From assembly GCA_965223505.1 (NCBI GenBank), contig CBDCWP010000042.1, forward strand, positions 64,001-128,000: a stretch of 64,000 bases of DNA, in the 5' to 3' direction. How positions within the stretch are numbered: the first letter of the stretch is position 1; every line of letters starts with the position of its first letter. The position numbers and the translations under genes were made by a program. Shown in pieces: positions 49,440-58,914 of this stretch. Source of the DNA: Planctomycetota bacterium (GTDB lineage Bacteria; Planctomycetota; PLA2; JAEUHO01). The notes below the pieces were generated by a model. It was given only the letters and a program-made list of their open reading frames with translations, did not search any database and was not told the DNA's origin.

Positions 49440-49910
49440 CTACTCGGTCGCGCTCTCGCCGAGGTGCGCGTACTTCGGATGGTGGCTCGCGAGCCAACGG
49501 AAGACGCCGCGCATGAACCACCTGTGCAGGATGACGTCAGTCAAGTACGGAATGACCGCCGAGACGATCACCGAACCCACAAAGGCCGTCACGACGTCGG
49601 CGCCGGCGCCGAGGCCCTTCGTCTGCGCGCGAACGACGTACTCGTTCAAGCACACGAACGCCGCACCGGCCAACGCGCCGAGCACGAACGCGGTGACGGA
49701 ACGAGTGAGGTGGAAGCTGGTGTAGCCGAGCGCCGCACTGTAGAGCAGGCCGACCTTCGCGATGAACCACCAGAAGCCGACGAACTCGTTGACGCCGACG
49801 AGAACGAGGCCGCCCTCGATCACGAGGCCGAGGAGCGCGGCGATGATCATCCAGGGCGCATCACTGAGCTGGATCATCGCCCGGCGACGAAACCAAGAAC
49901 TGTCGCCCAT
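49440..49910 (-). CDS. Small membrane protein (about 4 TM)
   Basis: Hydrophobic segments; AGAAGGAG RBS upstream. Confidence 0.7.
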   Translation of the reverse strand: MGDSSWFRRRAMIQLSDAPWMIIAALLGLVIEGGLVLVGVNEFVGFWWFIAKVGLLYSAALGYTSFHLTRSVTAFVLGALAGAAFVCLNEYVVRAQTKGLGAGADVVTAFVGSVIVSAVIPYLTDVILHRWFMRGVFRWLASHHPKYAHLGESATE

Positions 49911-49976
49911 CCAGCAACGCCTCCTTCTATGCTCCCAAGGCTAGCAGTTCGAAGACGCAGCGAGAAGTGCGGCCCC

Positions 49977-50690
49977 GTGAATGAAGCCTCCGTGAACGTC
50001 GATCGGGAGTCGGTGCTGCTTGCCGGCGCGACGGGGCTCGTGGGTGGGCACTGTCTGTCGTACCTCGAGACGGACCCGCGGGTCGATCGCGTTCACGTCG
50101 TCGTCCGTCGACCCCTCGCGCGGCCGACCGCACCTCATGTCGACGTTCACGTCATCGACTTCGCGAACGTCGATGTTTGCCGGGCCTGGCTGCGCACCGT
50201 CGACCGGGTCATCGTTTGCCTCGGAACGACCAAGAAGGAAGCCGGAAGTCGCGAAGCGTTCGAAGCCGTGGAATTCGACCTCGTGGTCGCGCTCGCGAAG
50301 CTGGCGGAGGACGAGGGCGTCGCGCGGTTCGTGGTCATCAGCTCGGCCGGCGCCTCACCGCGATCGTGGTTCCTGTATCTGAGGACGAAAGGGCGCATGG
50401 AAGCCGCGATCGAAGCGCTCGCCTTCGAGACCCTCGTCTTCCTGCGTCCCGCGTCCCTTATGGGCAAGCGCGAGAGGCCGCGCCGGCTCGAGTCCGTCGT
50501 CGCCTGCGTGGCGAAGGTCGTCGGCCCGCTGCTCGTCGGCCCCCTGCGCCGGGTACGCCCGATCGACGCGCAGGATGTCGCCCGCGTGGCGGCCGTGGCG
50601 GGTCGTGACGCGTCCGGTGTGGTCGTGCTCGAATCCCACGCGATTCGAACGCGTGCCCGAGCGGCGCGCGACGCGACGGATCGAGGCTAG
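49977..50690 (+). CDS. NAD(P)-binding atypical SDR (YraR/TIP30-like)
   Basis: LLAGATGLVG, CLGTTKKEAGS, YLRTKGRME, RPASLMG; start approximate. Confidence 0.88.
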   Translation: MNEASVNVDRESVLLAGATGLVGGHCLSYLETDPRVDRVHVVVRRPLARPTAPHVDVHVIDFANVDVCRAWLRTVDRVIVCLGTTKKEAGSREAFEAVEFDLVVALAKLAEDEGVARFVVISSAGASPRSWFLYLRTKGRMEAAIEALAFETLVFLRPASLMGKRERPRRLESVVACVAKVVGPLLVGPLRRVRPIDAQDVARVAAVAGRDASGVVVLESHAIRTRARAARDATDRG

Positions 50691-51616
50691 CCGAAGCCGA
50701 TCGCGGAGATCAGCGCGCCGCTGAACGGGGCGAAGATCGGCGCCAGGACGAACGCCTTCGGCGCGATCAAGCCGACCTGCAACGTGTCCCCCATCGCTTC
50801 CCGGTCCGCGGCCCATGCCGACCAGTCGGCGTTCGCCGGGTCTGCGGGCAACGGCCGGTAACTGTCGATGAAGGCGCCGGCGACCTGATTGAAGCGAACG
50901 TGGACGGGCAAGTACACGATCGCCAGGAGCACGCTGTAGTACGCGCCGTAGGCGAGCAGGAACTCGATCGTGAACGCGTCGGCGGTCCATTCCGTGCCCT
51001 CGAAGACGTCCGGAAACGCCTTGTAGGCGGAGATCTGGGCGAAGCGGCGCGCGCCGGTCGCCAGGATCGCCGTGCCGATCTCCACGCCCAGCACGCCGAG
51101 GAAGAAATTCATCTGCCGGCGCATGTGCATGAGCTCTTTGATGTACGCCGTTCCGATGAGCTTGCTTTCGCGCTCGTGCTCGAGGCGTCCGATGATGAGC
51201 CACAGGCCGACCAGCGCGAAGATACCCACCGACACGCCGGCGGTCGTCAGGAACGCCAGCTTCAGCGCGTGATGCGACAGCGGCCCCGCCGGCTCCAGGA
51301 GGATCGAGGGGAGCAGCGCCGCGACGAGCAGGAGCGCCAGCAGCCCCCACAGCTTGGACGGGATGGTGCGCTCGCCCTTGACCGCCTTGATGTGCTGGAA
51401 GACCGGCATGAGCAGGATCAACCAAAGGGCAAGGAGCACGCCGTCGGCGATGGCCCACAGATAGAACCCGGGCGCCCGAACGACCGCCTTGCTCATGGCG
51501 TCGGCGTTCGGATCGATCAGGACGTCGGCCACGAGGACCGCGACCCCGGCTGCGAACCCCACGACGGCGAGGGTCACGGTCAATCCCAGGTTGGAGAGTC
51601 CTCTGCGCTCGCTCAT
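50687..51616 (-). CDS. Multi-pass membrane hypothetical protein
   Basis: About 7 hydrophobic segments; GGGGGAG RBS; host-like codon usage. Confidence 0.75.
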   Translation of the reverse strand: MSERRGLSNLGLTVTLAVVGFAAGVAVLVADVLIDPNADAMSKAVVRAPGFYLWAIADGVLLALWLILLMPVFQHIKAVKGERTIPSKLWGLLALLLVAALLPSILLEPAGPLSHHALKLAFLTTAGVSVGIFALVGLWLIIGRLEHERESKLIGTAYIKELMHMRRQMNFFLGVLGVEIGTAILATGARRFAQISAYKAFPDVFEGTEWTADAFTIEFLLAYGAYYSVLLAIVYLPVHVRFNQVAGAFIDSYRPLPADPANADWSAWAADREAMGDTLQVGLIAPKAFVLAPIFAPFSGALISAIGFG

Positions 51617-51876
51617 CTCCCCCCATCCAATCGCAACACACCGCCTGTCGTCCGACGGCGCCGGTATTCAATCCGTCGCCGCCGGTCCGCGCAAGGGTCG
51701 ACGTCGCGCGACAGCCCGGAGCGCCCCCGCCGTGGTCCAGCGGCCCGCGGGCGGGACGGTCCCGGGGCAAACGTAAGGGCTTTGCACAAGGCGCGTGGAA
51801 GGTTTCATCCTGCACGCCGGAACCACTGCTACGATTTCGGAGCAAACCTCCATTTCTTCCGCTCCAAGGGCCTAGC

Positions 51877-54342
51877 ATGCCTCGACGTCACCTCTACGCG
51901 CCCAGCCTCATCGTCCTGGGCATCCTGCTCGTTCTTCCGTTCAGCAACGCCAACCAACCGGCTTGGGCCGACGACCTCGACGAGGCGACGGCGTCGCGCA
52001 CGGTACGAACCCTGCTCGAGTCCGATCCGGGCATCGATCTTCGCAAGATCTGGAAGCTCTCCGAGTCGCTGTCGTCGGGCGGCCGCCCGGCCATCAGCCC
52101 GTTGCGAAAGGAGGCCAAGGCCGCCAACCCGCAGCAGCGCCTCGCCATCGCTCGCGCCCTCGTTCTGCTCGAGGACTACACGAAGGGACTCGAAGAGCTG
52201 AAGGGCCTCGTCCAGTCGGAACCGGCGGCCATCGAGCTGAAGCTGGCCGCGCTCACGATCATCGGCGAAGAGGGCGAGCTCGAGGAAGCGGAGTGGCTCG
52301 AAGACAAGATCGACACCACGCTCGAACCGCGCGTGAAGCTCGGCATGGCCAAGGCGCTGTGGACGCTGAACAAGTCGAACAAGGGCAAGGGCAAGGAAGT
52401 CCTGCTCCTGTTCCTCAACAGCACGGACCCCGACCTTCGAGCCGAAGGCGCCCTCGCTCTCGGTGAGATCGGCGTGGCGGAAGCCAAGCCGGTCCTCGAC
52501 GAGCTGCGCCGCGAACCGACGCCCCAGGGCCGTCTCGCGCACCTGTTGCTCGACATCATGCGCCGCGACGAGGTCGACGAGCAGCGCCTGCGCACACCGC
52601 CGCCGGTCGCGCCGGCCAATCCGAAGCCCGCGAGCGGCGCCAGCCCGTGGAAGACGCTCGACGAGGTGCATCGGCTCCTGAAGCGCTACTACCTGCACGA
52701 CGACCGACTCGATCCGAAGAAGCTCTCCGACGCGGCGGCGGCGGGGTTCACCGAGGCGCTCGATCCGTACACGCTCTACATGTCGCCGAGCACGAACGCG
52801 AAGCTCATGGAGAGCCTCGACCCGTCGTACGGCGGCGTCGGCGCCTACGTCTTCAACGACGTCGACAACGGTTCCCACTTCACGATCAGCCGCCCCATCT
52901 TCGGCGGTCCCGTCTATCGCGCCGACCTGCGAGCCGACGATATCGTCACGGCGATCGACGGTCAGTCCACGGAGGGCTTGTCGGTCGAAGAGTGCGTGCG
53001 CCGCTTGAAGGGCCCGCCCGGAACGAAGGTCGTCGTCTCGATCTTGCGGCGTGGCTGGCTCAAGGCGCGCGAGTTCGAGCTCACGCGCGCGCGCATCACC
53101 ATCCCGACGACCGCCTACGACGTGCTCCCCGGCAAGATCGGCTTCCTGCAGATTCTGCACTTCTCCGAGGAGACCAGCCGCGAGGTCGGCGAGATTCTCG
53201 ACAAGTTCGAGAAGACCGGCGTCGAAGGACTCGTGATCGACCTGCGCTACAACGGCGGCGGGTTCCTCAAGAGCGCCGTCGAGATCGCGAGCAACTTCGT
53301 GCCGCGCGGCAAGATCATCGTCAGCGAGCGCGGCCGGCCGGGCGTGTACGACGGCGAGGTGCACCGCTCGCTCGGCTCCGGCACACACCGTCGCCAGGTG
53401 CCGATCACCGTGCTCATCAACCAGGGCACGGCCAGCGCCGCGGAGATTCTGGCCGGCGCGCTGCGCGATCACGACGTCGCGCGCCTCGTCGGGAGCATGA
53501 CCTACGGCAAGGGGTCCGCACAGATCCACCTTCCGCTCAAGTCGCGCCCCGGCGAGACGTTCACGGACGAGAAGCGCACGTCGTCGTCGCCGCGTGCGGG
53601 CGACACGTTCGACGACCTGAACGGCAACCGCCGCTGGGACGAGGGTGAGCCCTTCACCTCGACGCCGCGGCGGAACGGCCGCTACGACCCGCCCGAGAAG
53701 TTCGTCGACAAGAACGGCAACGGCGTCTACGACCGCGGCGAGTCCTTCACCGACGCGAACAAGAACGGCAAGTGGGACGACGGCGAGGACTACGAGGACG
53801 CCAACGGGAACGGTCGGTGGGATCCCGGCGGTGCGCTCAAGCTGACCATCGCCGCCTACTACACACCCGAGGGGTTCAACCCGCGCCGCGAGGTGAAGGT
53901 CGTCGACGGCAAGGTGAAGGTCGTCGGCGGGATCGAGCCCCACCTGGAGGCCAAGCCCAACGGCCTCGACTTCTGGGAGGTGCAGGCGCAGCGCAAGCTC
54001 GAGAGCACCGGCCGGGTCAAGGAGTACGTTCGCCAACTCTTCGAGAGCGATCTCGAGCTGATGCGGCGGCTCTCGCGCTCGGACCGTCGGGACCCCTCGG
54101 TCTACCCGGGGTTCGACGCGTTCTACGACGGCTTGGACACCAAGCTCGACAAGGAGCCCGTTCGTTGGCTCGTTCGGTGGAATGCGCGCCGCGCGCTCGG
54201 CGACCGACTGGGCCGCGAGCTCGTTGGCGACATCATCGACGACCCGGCCTTGCAGGTCGCACTCAAGGACCTGTTCCGAACGCTCGGCAAGGACCTGAGC
54301 AAGAACCAAGACCTGAAGTTCCTGGCCGTCGAGACCAAATAG
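51877..54342 (+). CDS. S41 (CtpA-like) carboxy-terminal protease with N-terminal HEAT repeats, PDZ and acidic repeat insert
   Basis: LDPYT, GGVG, DLRYNGGG, TASAAEI, TYGKGSAQ, LKLTIAAYYTP, GIEP. Confidence 0.93.
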   Translation: MPRRHLYAPSLIVLGILLVLPFSNANQPAWADDLDEATASRTVRTLLESDPGIDLRKIWKLSESLSSGGRPAISPLRKEAKAANPQQRLAIARALVLLEDYTKGLEELKGLVQSEPAAIELKLAALTIIGEEGELEEAEWLEDKIDTTLEPRVKLGMAKALWTLNKSNKGKGKEVLLLFLNSTDPDLRAEGALALGEIGVAEAKPVLDELRREPTPQGRLAHLLLDIMRRDEVDEQRLRTPPPVAPANPKPASGASPWKTLDEVHRLLKRYYLHDDRLDPKKLSDAAAAGFTEALDPYTLYMSPSTNAKLMESLDPSYGGVGAYVFNDVDNGSHFTISRPIFGGPVYRADLRADDIVTAIDGQSTEGLSVEECVRRLKGPPGTKVVVSILRRGWLKAREFELTRARITIPTTAYDVLPGKIGFLQILHFSEETSREVGEILDKFEKTGVEGLVIDLRYNGGGFLKSAVEIASNFVPRGKIIVSERGRPGVYDGEVHRSLGSGTHRRQVPITVLINQGTASAAEILAGALRDHDVARLVGSMTYGKGSAQIHLPLKSRPGETFTDEKRTSSSPRAGDTFDDLNGNRRWDEGEPFTSTPRRNGRYDPPEKFVDKNGNGVYDRGESFTDANKNGKWDDGEDYEDANGNGRWDPGGALKLTIAAYYTPEGFNPRREVKVVDGKVKVVGGIEPHLEAKPNGLDFWEVQAQRKLESTGRVKEYVRQLFESDLELMRRLSRSDRRDPSVYPGFDAFYDGLDTKLDKEPVRWLVRWNARRALGDRLGRELVGDIIDDPALQVALKDLFRTLGKDLSKNQDLKFLAVETK
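53551..53829 (+). repeat. In-frame ~15-aa repeats ExFxDxNGNGxWDxG
   Basis: DTFDDLNGNRRWDEG, EKFVDKNGNGVYDRG, ESFTDANKNGKWDDG, EDYEDANGNGRWDPG. Confidence 0.85.
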
Positions 54343-54346
54343 CTCG

Positions 54347-55156
54347 ATGGGCGTCGCCCAACCCGAGGGTTTCGCCCTCACCGGCAGCTCGCTCCCGCTG
54401 CTGCAATGCAAGCGCGTGAACGGCGTGGAGGGTCTGCGCCACGGCATCACGACACGCGCGGGCGGCAGCAGCTCGGGGCCGTACGCCTCGCTGAACCTCT
54501 CGCCCGCGACGGATGACAAGCCGGAGGTGGTCGAGGCCAACCGCCAGTTCGTGGCCAAGGAACTCGGCTTCGAGATCCTCAAGACGCCGACCCAGGTCCA
54601 CGGAAATACGGTGCAGCACGTTCGCTCGATGCTCGATCGGATCGGCGAGGTGGATGCGCTGATCACCGATGCGAAGGGCGTTCTTCTCGGCGTCCTGGGC
54701 GCGGACTGTCCCGGGGTGTTGCTCGTGGACGAGCGCAATCACGCGCTCGGGCTGGCGCACTGCGGTTGGCGCGGCGTGGCGGCGCGCATCGTTGCGCAAA
54801 CCGTGCAGGCAATGCGCGCGACGTTCAAGTCGAACCCGACCGACTTGATTGCGATGATCGGTCCGGCGATCAGCCGCCCGCACTACCAGGTGTCCGGCGA
54901 GGTTGGCGACGCGCTGAGTCACTCGGTCGCACCGCTCGTCCCGAGCTCACGGGCGATCAAGATCACCGGCGACGGCCGAACGTGGGCCGACATCGGAGCG
55001 CTCATTCGCATGCAGCTCGAACAGTGTGGACTGCTGGACAAGTCCATCGTCCGCTACCGCGGATGCACGTTTCACCAGCAGGACATGTTCTTCAGCCACC
55101 GCCGCGACGAAGGCGTCACGGGTCGCAACGCGGTCGTTGCCGGCTGGGCGGAGTAG
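54347..55156 (+). CDS. pgeF: YfiH/PgeF family protein
   Basis: SLNL, QVHG, DALIT, ADC, AHCGWRG, IGPAIS, FFSHRR. Confidence 0.9.
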   Translation: MGVAQPEGFALTGSSLPLLQCKRVNGVEGLRHGITTRAGGSSSGPYASLNLSPATDDKPEVVEANRQFVAKELGFEILKTPTQVHGNTVQHVRSMLDRIGEVDALITDAKGVLLGVLGADCPGVLLVDERNHALGLAHCGWRGVAARIVAQTVQAMRATFKSNPTDLIAMIGPAISRPHYQVSGEVGDALSHSVAPLVPSSRAIKITGDGRTWADIGALIRMQLEQCGLLDKSIVRYRGCTFHQQDMFFSHRRDEGVTGRNAVVAGWAE

Positions 55157-55180
55157 TTCGCGCGGGATCGGACCGGCGCG

Positions 55181-55576
55181 CTACTCGGCGCGGTCGATCT
55201 CGACCTCTTGCAGCTCTTCGGAGAACGCGCCGTCGAACGCCTCGCCGAACGAGAACAGGCCGTGGAAGTCTTCGCGCCGGTCATCGGCGGTCTTCTGCAA
55301 GAGATCCGCGTTGATCAGATTGAACACGATCTCGCCGAAGTCGGCCGTCGTCGTGACACCCCACTGCGCGAGGACCGAACGCGCGAGGAACCCGAAGTTC
55401 TCGAGCGCCAGCAAGCGAACGCCTTCCATGATCTCGGCGCCGCTGACGTGACGACGACCGGCGCCGCGACGCTTCAACGTGAAGTCGAGCGCTTCGAACA
55501 CGAAGTGATACGCCTCCGCACCAAATCGTTGGTCATTGGCGACGATGTCGAGGATGGCTCTGTCCTTGTCGATCAT
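55181..55576 (-). CDS. Minf_1886-family protein (PVC signature-type)
   Basis: AYHFVFEAL, HVSGAEI, FGFLARSVLAQWGV..TADFGEIVFNLI, DRREDF. Confidence 0.85.
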   Translation of the reverse strand: MIDKDRAILDIVANDQRFGAEAYHFVFEALDFTLKRRGAGRRHVSGAEIMEGVRLLALENFGFLARSVLAQWGVTTTADFGEIVFNLINADLLQKTADDRREDFHGLFSFGEAFDGAFSEELQEVEIDRAE

Positions 55577-55791
55577 TCGATCCCGTCTCACCTCAGCGGG
55601 GAGGAAAACCCTACAAAGGAAGGCTGATCCGGGGCAGCAAAATGTTCCCGCGGAAGGCCGTCCCTTTGCCAACCGTTCGCTCACCTATCGACAACCGAAC
55701 GCTCGAGCCGAAGCCCTTCGTCGAAACGGAATTCACCGCCCGACGACGGCGATCGAGACAGACAGCATGCAAACGGTCGGAGGGTTCGACG

Positions 55792-56742
55792 CTAGGAATC
55801 GCGGCTCGTGGCTGCATTCGTCCGCAGCCGTGACAGGACCTCGAGCAGCACGACCTGAGGCGTCACGTTCGTATGAACGGCCTTCCGAAGCCGCTCGAGA
55901 ACATCGAGCAGCGCCAGCGCGTCCTCGGCCCCGAGCGTGGGAAAGAAGTCACTGTCGCGCCCGGCCGCTACGTCGCGGGCACCGACACTGAGCACATAGA
56001 GGACGTCGACGAGCAGCCGGCGGACGACCTGACGCTTGGACGCCGTGTCCGCGTCGGGCTCCGCGTCGGCCGCGGCGGTCAGCGCTTTGAGCGCGCGGTC
56101 GGACGCGTCGGCGCAGCCCGCGTCGACGTCCGTACCGCTCACGGCGAGATCACGCGCAATCTCCTCGAGCTCGGCCCGCGCAAGGACACGGGCGCGCCGC
56201 AGTGATCCGCCAGCGTAATGCGACAGATCGCTTGCGCGACCCTCTTCGATGCCGTCTTCACGCAGGCGGTTCCGAAGCTCGCTCTCCGGCAACGGAGGAA
56301 GGCGCACGCGGCAAACACGACTCAGGACGGTTGCCGGAAGTCGTTCGGGCTGCGTCGAGAGCAGGAAGAAGAGGGATCCCGGCGGCGGCTCTTCCAACGT
56401 CTTCAAGTAACGCGCGATCCCTTCGGGTTCCATCGCGTCCGCCGGATCGATGATGAACACCTGGCGCTCGCCTTCGAGCGGCTTCGTATGCGCGCGCTCG
56501 AGCACCTCGGTGATCTTGGCGACCGAGATCACCGTCGCCTTGTCGCGCTCGACCCAGGTGACGTCGGGGTGGTTGCCCTGCATGACGCGTTCGAACGTCT
56601 CGTTGCCCGCCGGCGCCGGCGGCGACGCGCCGAAGATGGACGCGGCGAACACGAGCGCCAGGTCCCGCAGGCCCGACGCGTCGGTGCCTTCGAACAGGTA
56701 GCTCGTTCCGAGCTTGTCGTTTCCGAGCGTACGAAAGAGCAA
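55792..56742 (-). CDS. holB: DNA polymerase III delta-prime subunit (start uncertain)
   Basis: SYLFEG, NHPDV, LKTLEEPP, LPATVLSRV; directly downstream of tmk. Confidence 0.85.
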   Translation of the reverse strand: MLFRTLGNDKLGTSYLFEGTDASGLRDLALVFAASIFGASPPAPAGNETFERVMQGNHPDVTWVERDKATVISVAKITEVLERAHTKPLEGERQVFIIDPADAMEPEGIARYLKTLEEPPPGSLFFLLSTQPERLPATVLSRVCRVRLPPLPESELRNRLREDGIEEGRASDLSHYAGGSLRRARVLARAELEEIARDLAVSGTDVDAGCADASDRALKALTAAADAEPDADTASKRQVVRRLLVDVLYVLSVGARDVAAGRDSDFFPTLGAEDALALLDVLERLRKAVHTNVTPQVVLLEVLSRLRTNAATSRDS

Positions 56743-56797
56743 CGCGCCCGGCGGACCGAACGCGTGCAGCGCATGTGCGCCTTCGACGGTGTCGGGA

Positions 56798-57424
56798 CTA
56801 GAAGAGGTCAGCGACGGCCTCCCAGACTCGGTCCCCGACGGTGTCGATCGAGCCGACGGCGGACACGGTGCGCAGTCTCTCCGGATCGGCGTCGAAGATC
56901 TCGCGGAAGGCGATCGCGACCCCCTCGCGATATGTCGAACCGCGCGATTCGATGCGGTCGAGCGGTCGCCGGATGCGTTCGCCGGTCTCGTCCGACGGCA
57001 TGTCGAGGAGCACGGCGCGGTTCGGCTCGGTGCCGGCCGTCGCCCAGGCCGACGTCTCGCGCACCATGTCGGCGGGGGCTCCGGTCAGGTCCCCCTGCGG
57101 CGTCGTTTGATACGCCTGCGTCGCATAGTGCCAGCGCTCGCAGACCACGACGTGTCCCGACGCGAGGGCGGGCCGGATGACGCTCGACACCAGATGAGCG
57201 CGTGCGGCCTGGTAGAGGAAGACCTCGGCGCGCGGGTCCATGCCGCCGGTCCTGGCGTCGAGCAGGACGTCCCGGATGCGCTCCCCCACCTCGGTGCCGC
57301 CGGGCTCGCGGGTGTGGACCACCGTCCGTCCGAAGCCCTCGATGCGAGCCGCGAGCCGGTTCGCCTGTGTGGTCTTGCCACAGCCGTCGAGGCCTTCGAG
57401 AACGATGAAGATGCCGGCAGTCAT
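56798..57424 (-). CDS. tmk: Thymidylate kinase
   Basis: FIVLEGLDGCGKTTQ, TREPGGT, IRPAL, DRIESRG. Confidence 0.96.
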   Translation of the reverse strand: MTAGIFIVLEGLDGCGKTTQANRLAARIEGFGRTVVHTREPGGTEVGERIRDVLLDARTGGMDPRAEVFLYQAARAHLVSSVIRPALASGHVVVCERWHYATQAYQTTPQGDLTGAPADMVRETSAWATAGTEPNRAVLLDMPSDETGERIRRPLDRIESRGSTYREGVAIAFREIFDADPERLRTVSAVGSIDTVGDRVWEAVADLF

Positions 57425-57585
57425 TGGCCCCGCAGGATAGGCGCGCGACAGGACATGGCCCTATCGGCAACCACGAGGGCGGCGTGCTGGGGCGACGGCG
57501 CCGCAAAGTGGCGGAGGAGGCCGCGTGGTCTGCCACGCAACGACGACGGCGCAAAGCGCCGCCGAGCATCCAGCGCGCCGTCTAC

Positions 57586-58914
57586 CTAGATGCGAGCCAG
57601 GAGACCGTCGATGGTCTGCTCGATCCCCGCGTCCGTCTGACGCAGGGCCCGGACCTCGCGGATCGCTCGGCTCACGCTGCTGTGGCTGCGCAGCCCGAAC
57701 GCCTTGCCGAGCTGTACCAACGGCATCGCACACGCGCGATAGACCAGGTACATCGCGATTCGCCGTGGCAGTGCCGCGCTGCGTACCTTCGTCGGCCGGT
57801 CGAGCAGCCGCCGTTGGATGCCGTAGTGATTCGCGACGAGATCCTTGGCGCGCCGGATGACCTCCTCCGACGCCGTCGCCGTCACACCGGGCGCCAGCTC
57901 GTCGAGCCAGCTCGGGTCGAGCGGCTGACCGACCTCCGCGGACGCGGCCGCCCAGCGATCGAGCAGCTGCACCGCGCCGCGCACCGACGCCGTTCGCGTC
58001 AACAACGCGTCGCTGACGTCGTTCGGAAGCTCGACGTCGAACTGCCGTGCCCGCGCGGCGACGATCTGCTCGAGGTCCGCCCGGTCCGGGACCTGCAGTC
58101 GAAGCACGACCCCGCCCAGCAGCCGCGAACGAAGCTTCGACGAGATGCCTTCGAGCTCGCGCGGATGCCGGCGTCCGGCCATGACCAGCCGCGTCGTGCT
58201 GCCGAGACACTCGTCCTGGATGCGAACGAGCTCGCTCTGCGTGGCCTGCCGGCCTTCGAGATCGTCCAGACCGTCGAGCACGATCAGGTCGCGCGTGGAG
58301 AGGTCGAGACGGAATGCGCGAAGCGCCGCCACGTCACGCGCGCGTAGCGCCGTCACGTAGCGTTGGGTGAACTCGCGCATCGTCAGGTAGATGCAGGAGC
58401 CGGGCGAGCGCCTTGCGGCCGCGTTGCGCAACCCCTTGAGCAGATGGGTCTTGCCCGAGCCGCACTCTCCGAACAGGTAGAGCGACGGCGGGTCTTCGGC
58501 GCCGGTGCCCTGCAGCAGCCTCTTGAAGAGCATCACGGGGAAGCGGCCGCTCGGCTTCGTGACGAACGCATCGAGGCTCGCCTCGGGCACGCGTCGATCG
58601 AGCAGGTCACGCCAGGCCTCGGGACGGTCGGGCAGGCGGTCGCGCAGCGCACGCTTCTCGTCTTGCGCCGCGGACACGCGCAGATCGATGTGCGTTCCCT
58701 CGCCGAGCACGCGGTCGCACGCCTCGCGCAGGAGGTCGCCGTAGGTGAACTGCAACCACGTGCGATGCACCTCGGTCGGCACCGCGAGCGTCAACGTGTC
58801 TTCGGAAACGTCGGCGACGGCGGCATCGCGGAACCAGAGACGGAAGCGGTTGCGCCCGACAGCGCGCACCAGCTCTTCGCGCAGCTCGTCCTGGATCTCT
58901 CGGTACAGCGTCAC
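57586..58914 (-). CDS. Divergent DnaA-family protein (domains I, III, IV)
   Basis: FRLWF..LTLAVP..W domain I; LYLFGECGSGKTHLL; LRSRLLGG; RRIAMYL..LGKAFGLRSHSSV. Confidence 0.85.
   Translation of the reverse strand: MTLYREIQDELREELVRAVGRNRFRLWFRDAAVADVSEDTLTLAVPTEVHRTWLQFTYGDLLREACDRVLGEGTHIDLRVSAAQDEKRALRDRLPDRPEAWRDLLDRRVPEASLDAFVTKPSGRFPVMLFKRLLQGTGAEDPPSLYLFGECGSGKTHLLKGLRNAAARRSPGSCIYLTMREFTQRYVTALRARDVAALRAFRLDLSTRDLIVLDGLDDLEGRQATQSELVRIQDECLGSTTRLVMAGRRHPRELEGISSKLRSRLLGGVVLRLQVPDRADLEQIVAARARQFDVELPNDVSDALLTRTASVRGAVQLLDRWAAASAEVGQPLDPSWLDELAPGVTATASEEVIRRAKDLVANHYGIQRRLLDRPTKVRSAALPRRIAMYLVYRACAMPLVQLGKAFGLRSHSSVSRAIREVRALRQTDAGIEQTIDGLLARI

Noticed and set aside
51829..54738. 969-aa minus-strand ORF and similar long overlapping ORFs (e.g. 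10014-12170, 28590-31154, 58941-61031)
   Set aside because: Shadow frames of well-supported genes, expected in high-GC DNA; no recognisable motifs.
57425..57585. oriC next to the DnaA-like gene
   Set aside because: GC-rich, with no DnaA boxes or AT-rich unwinding element visible.
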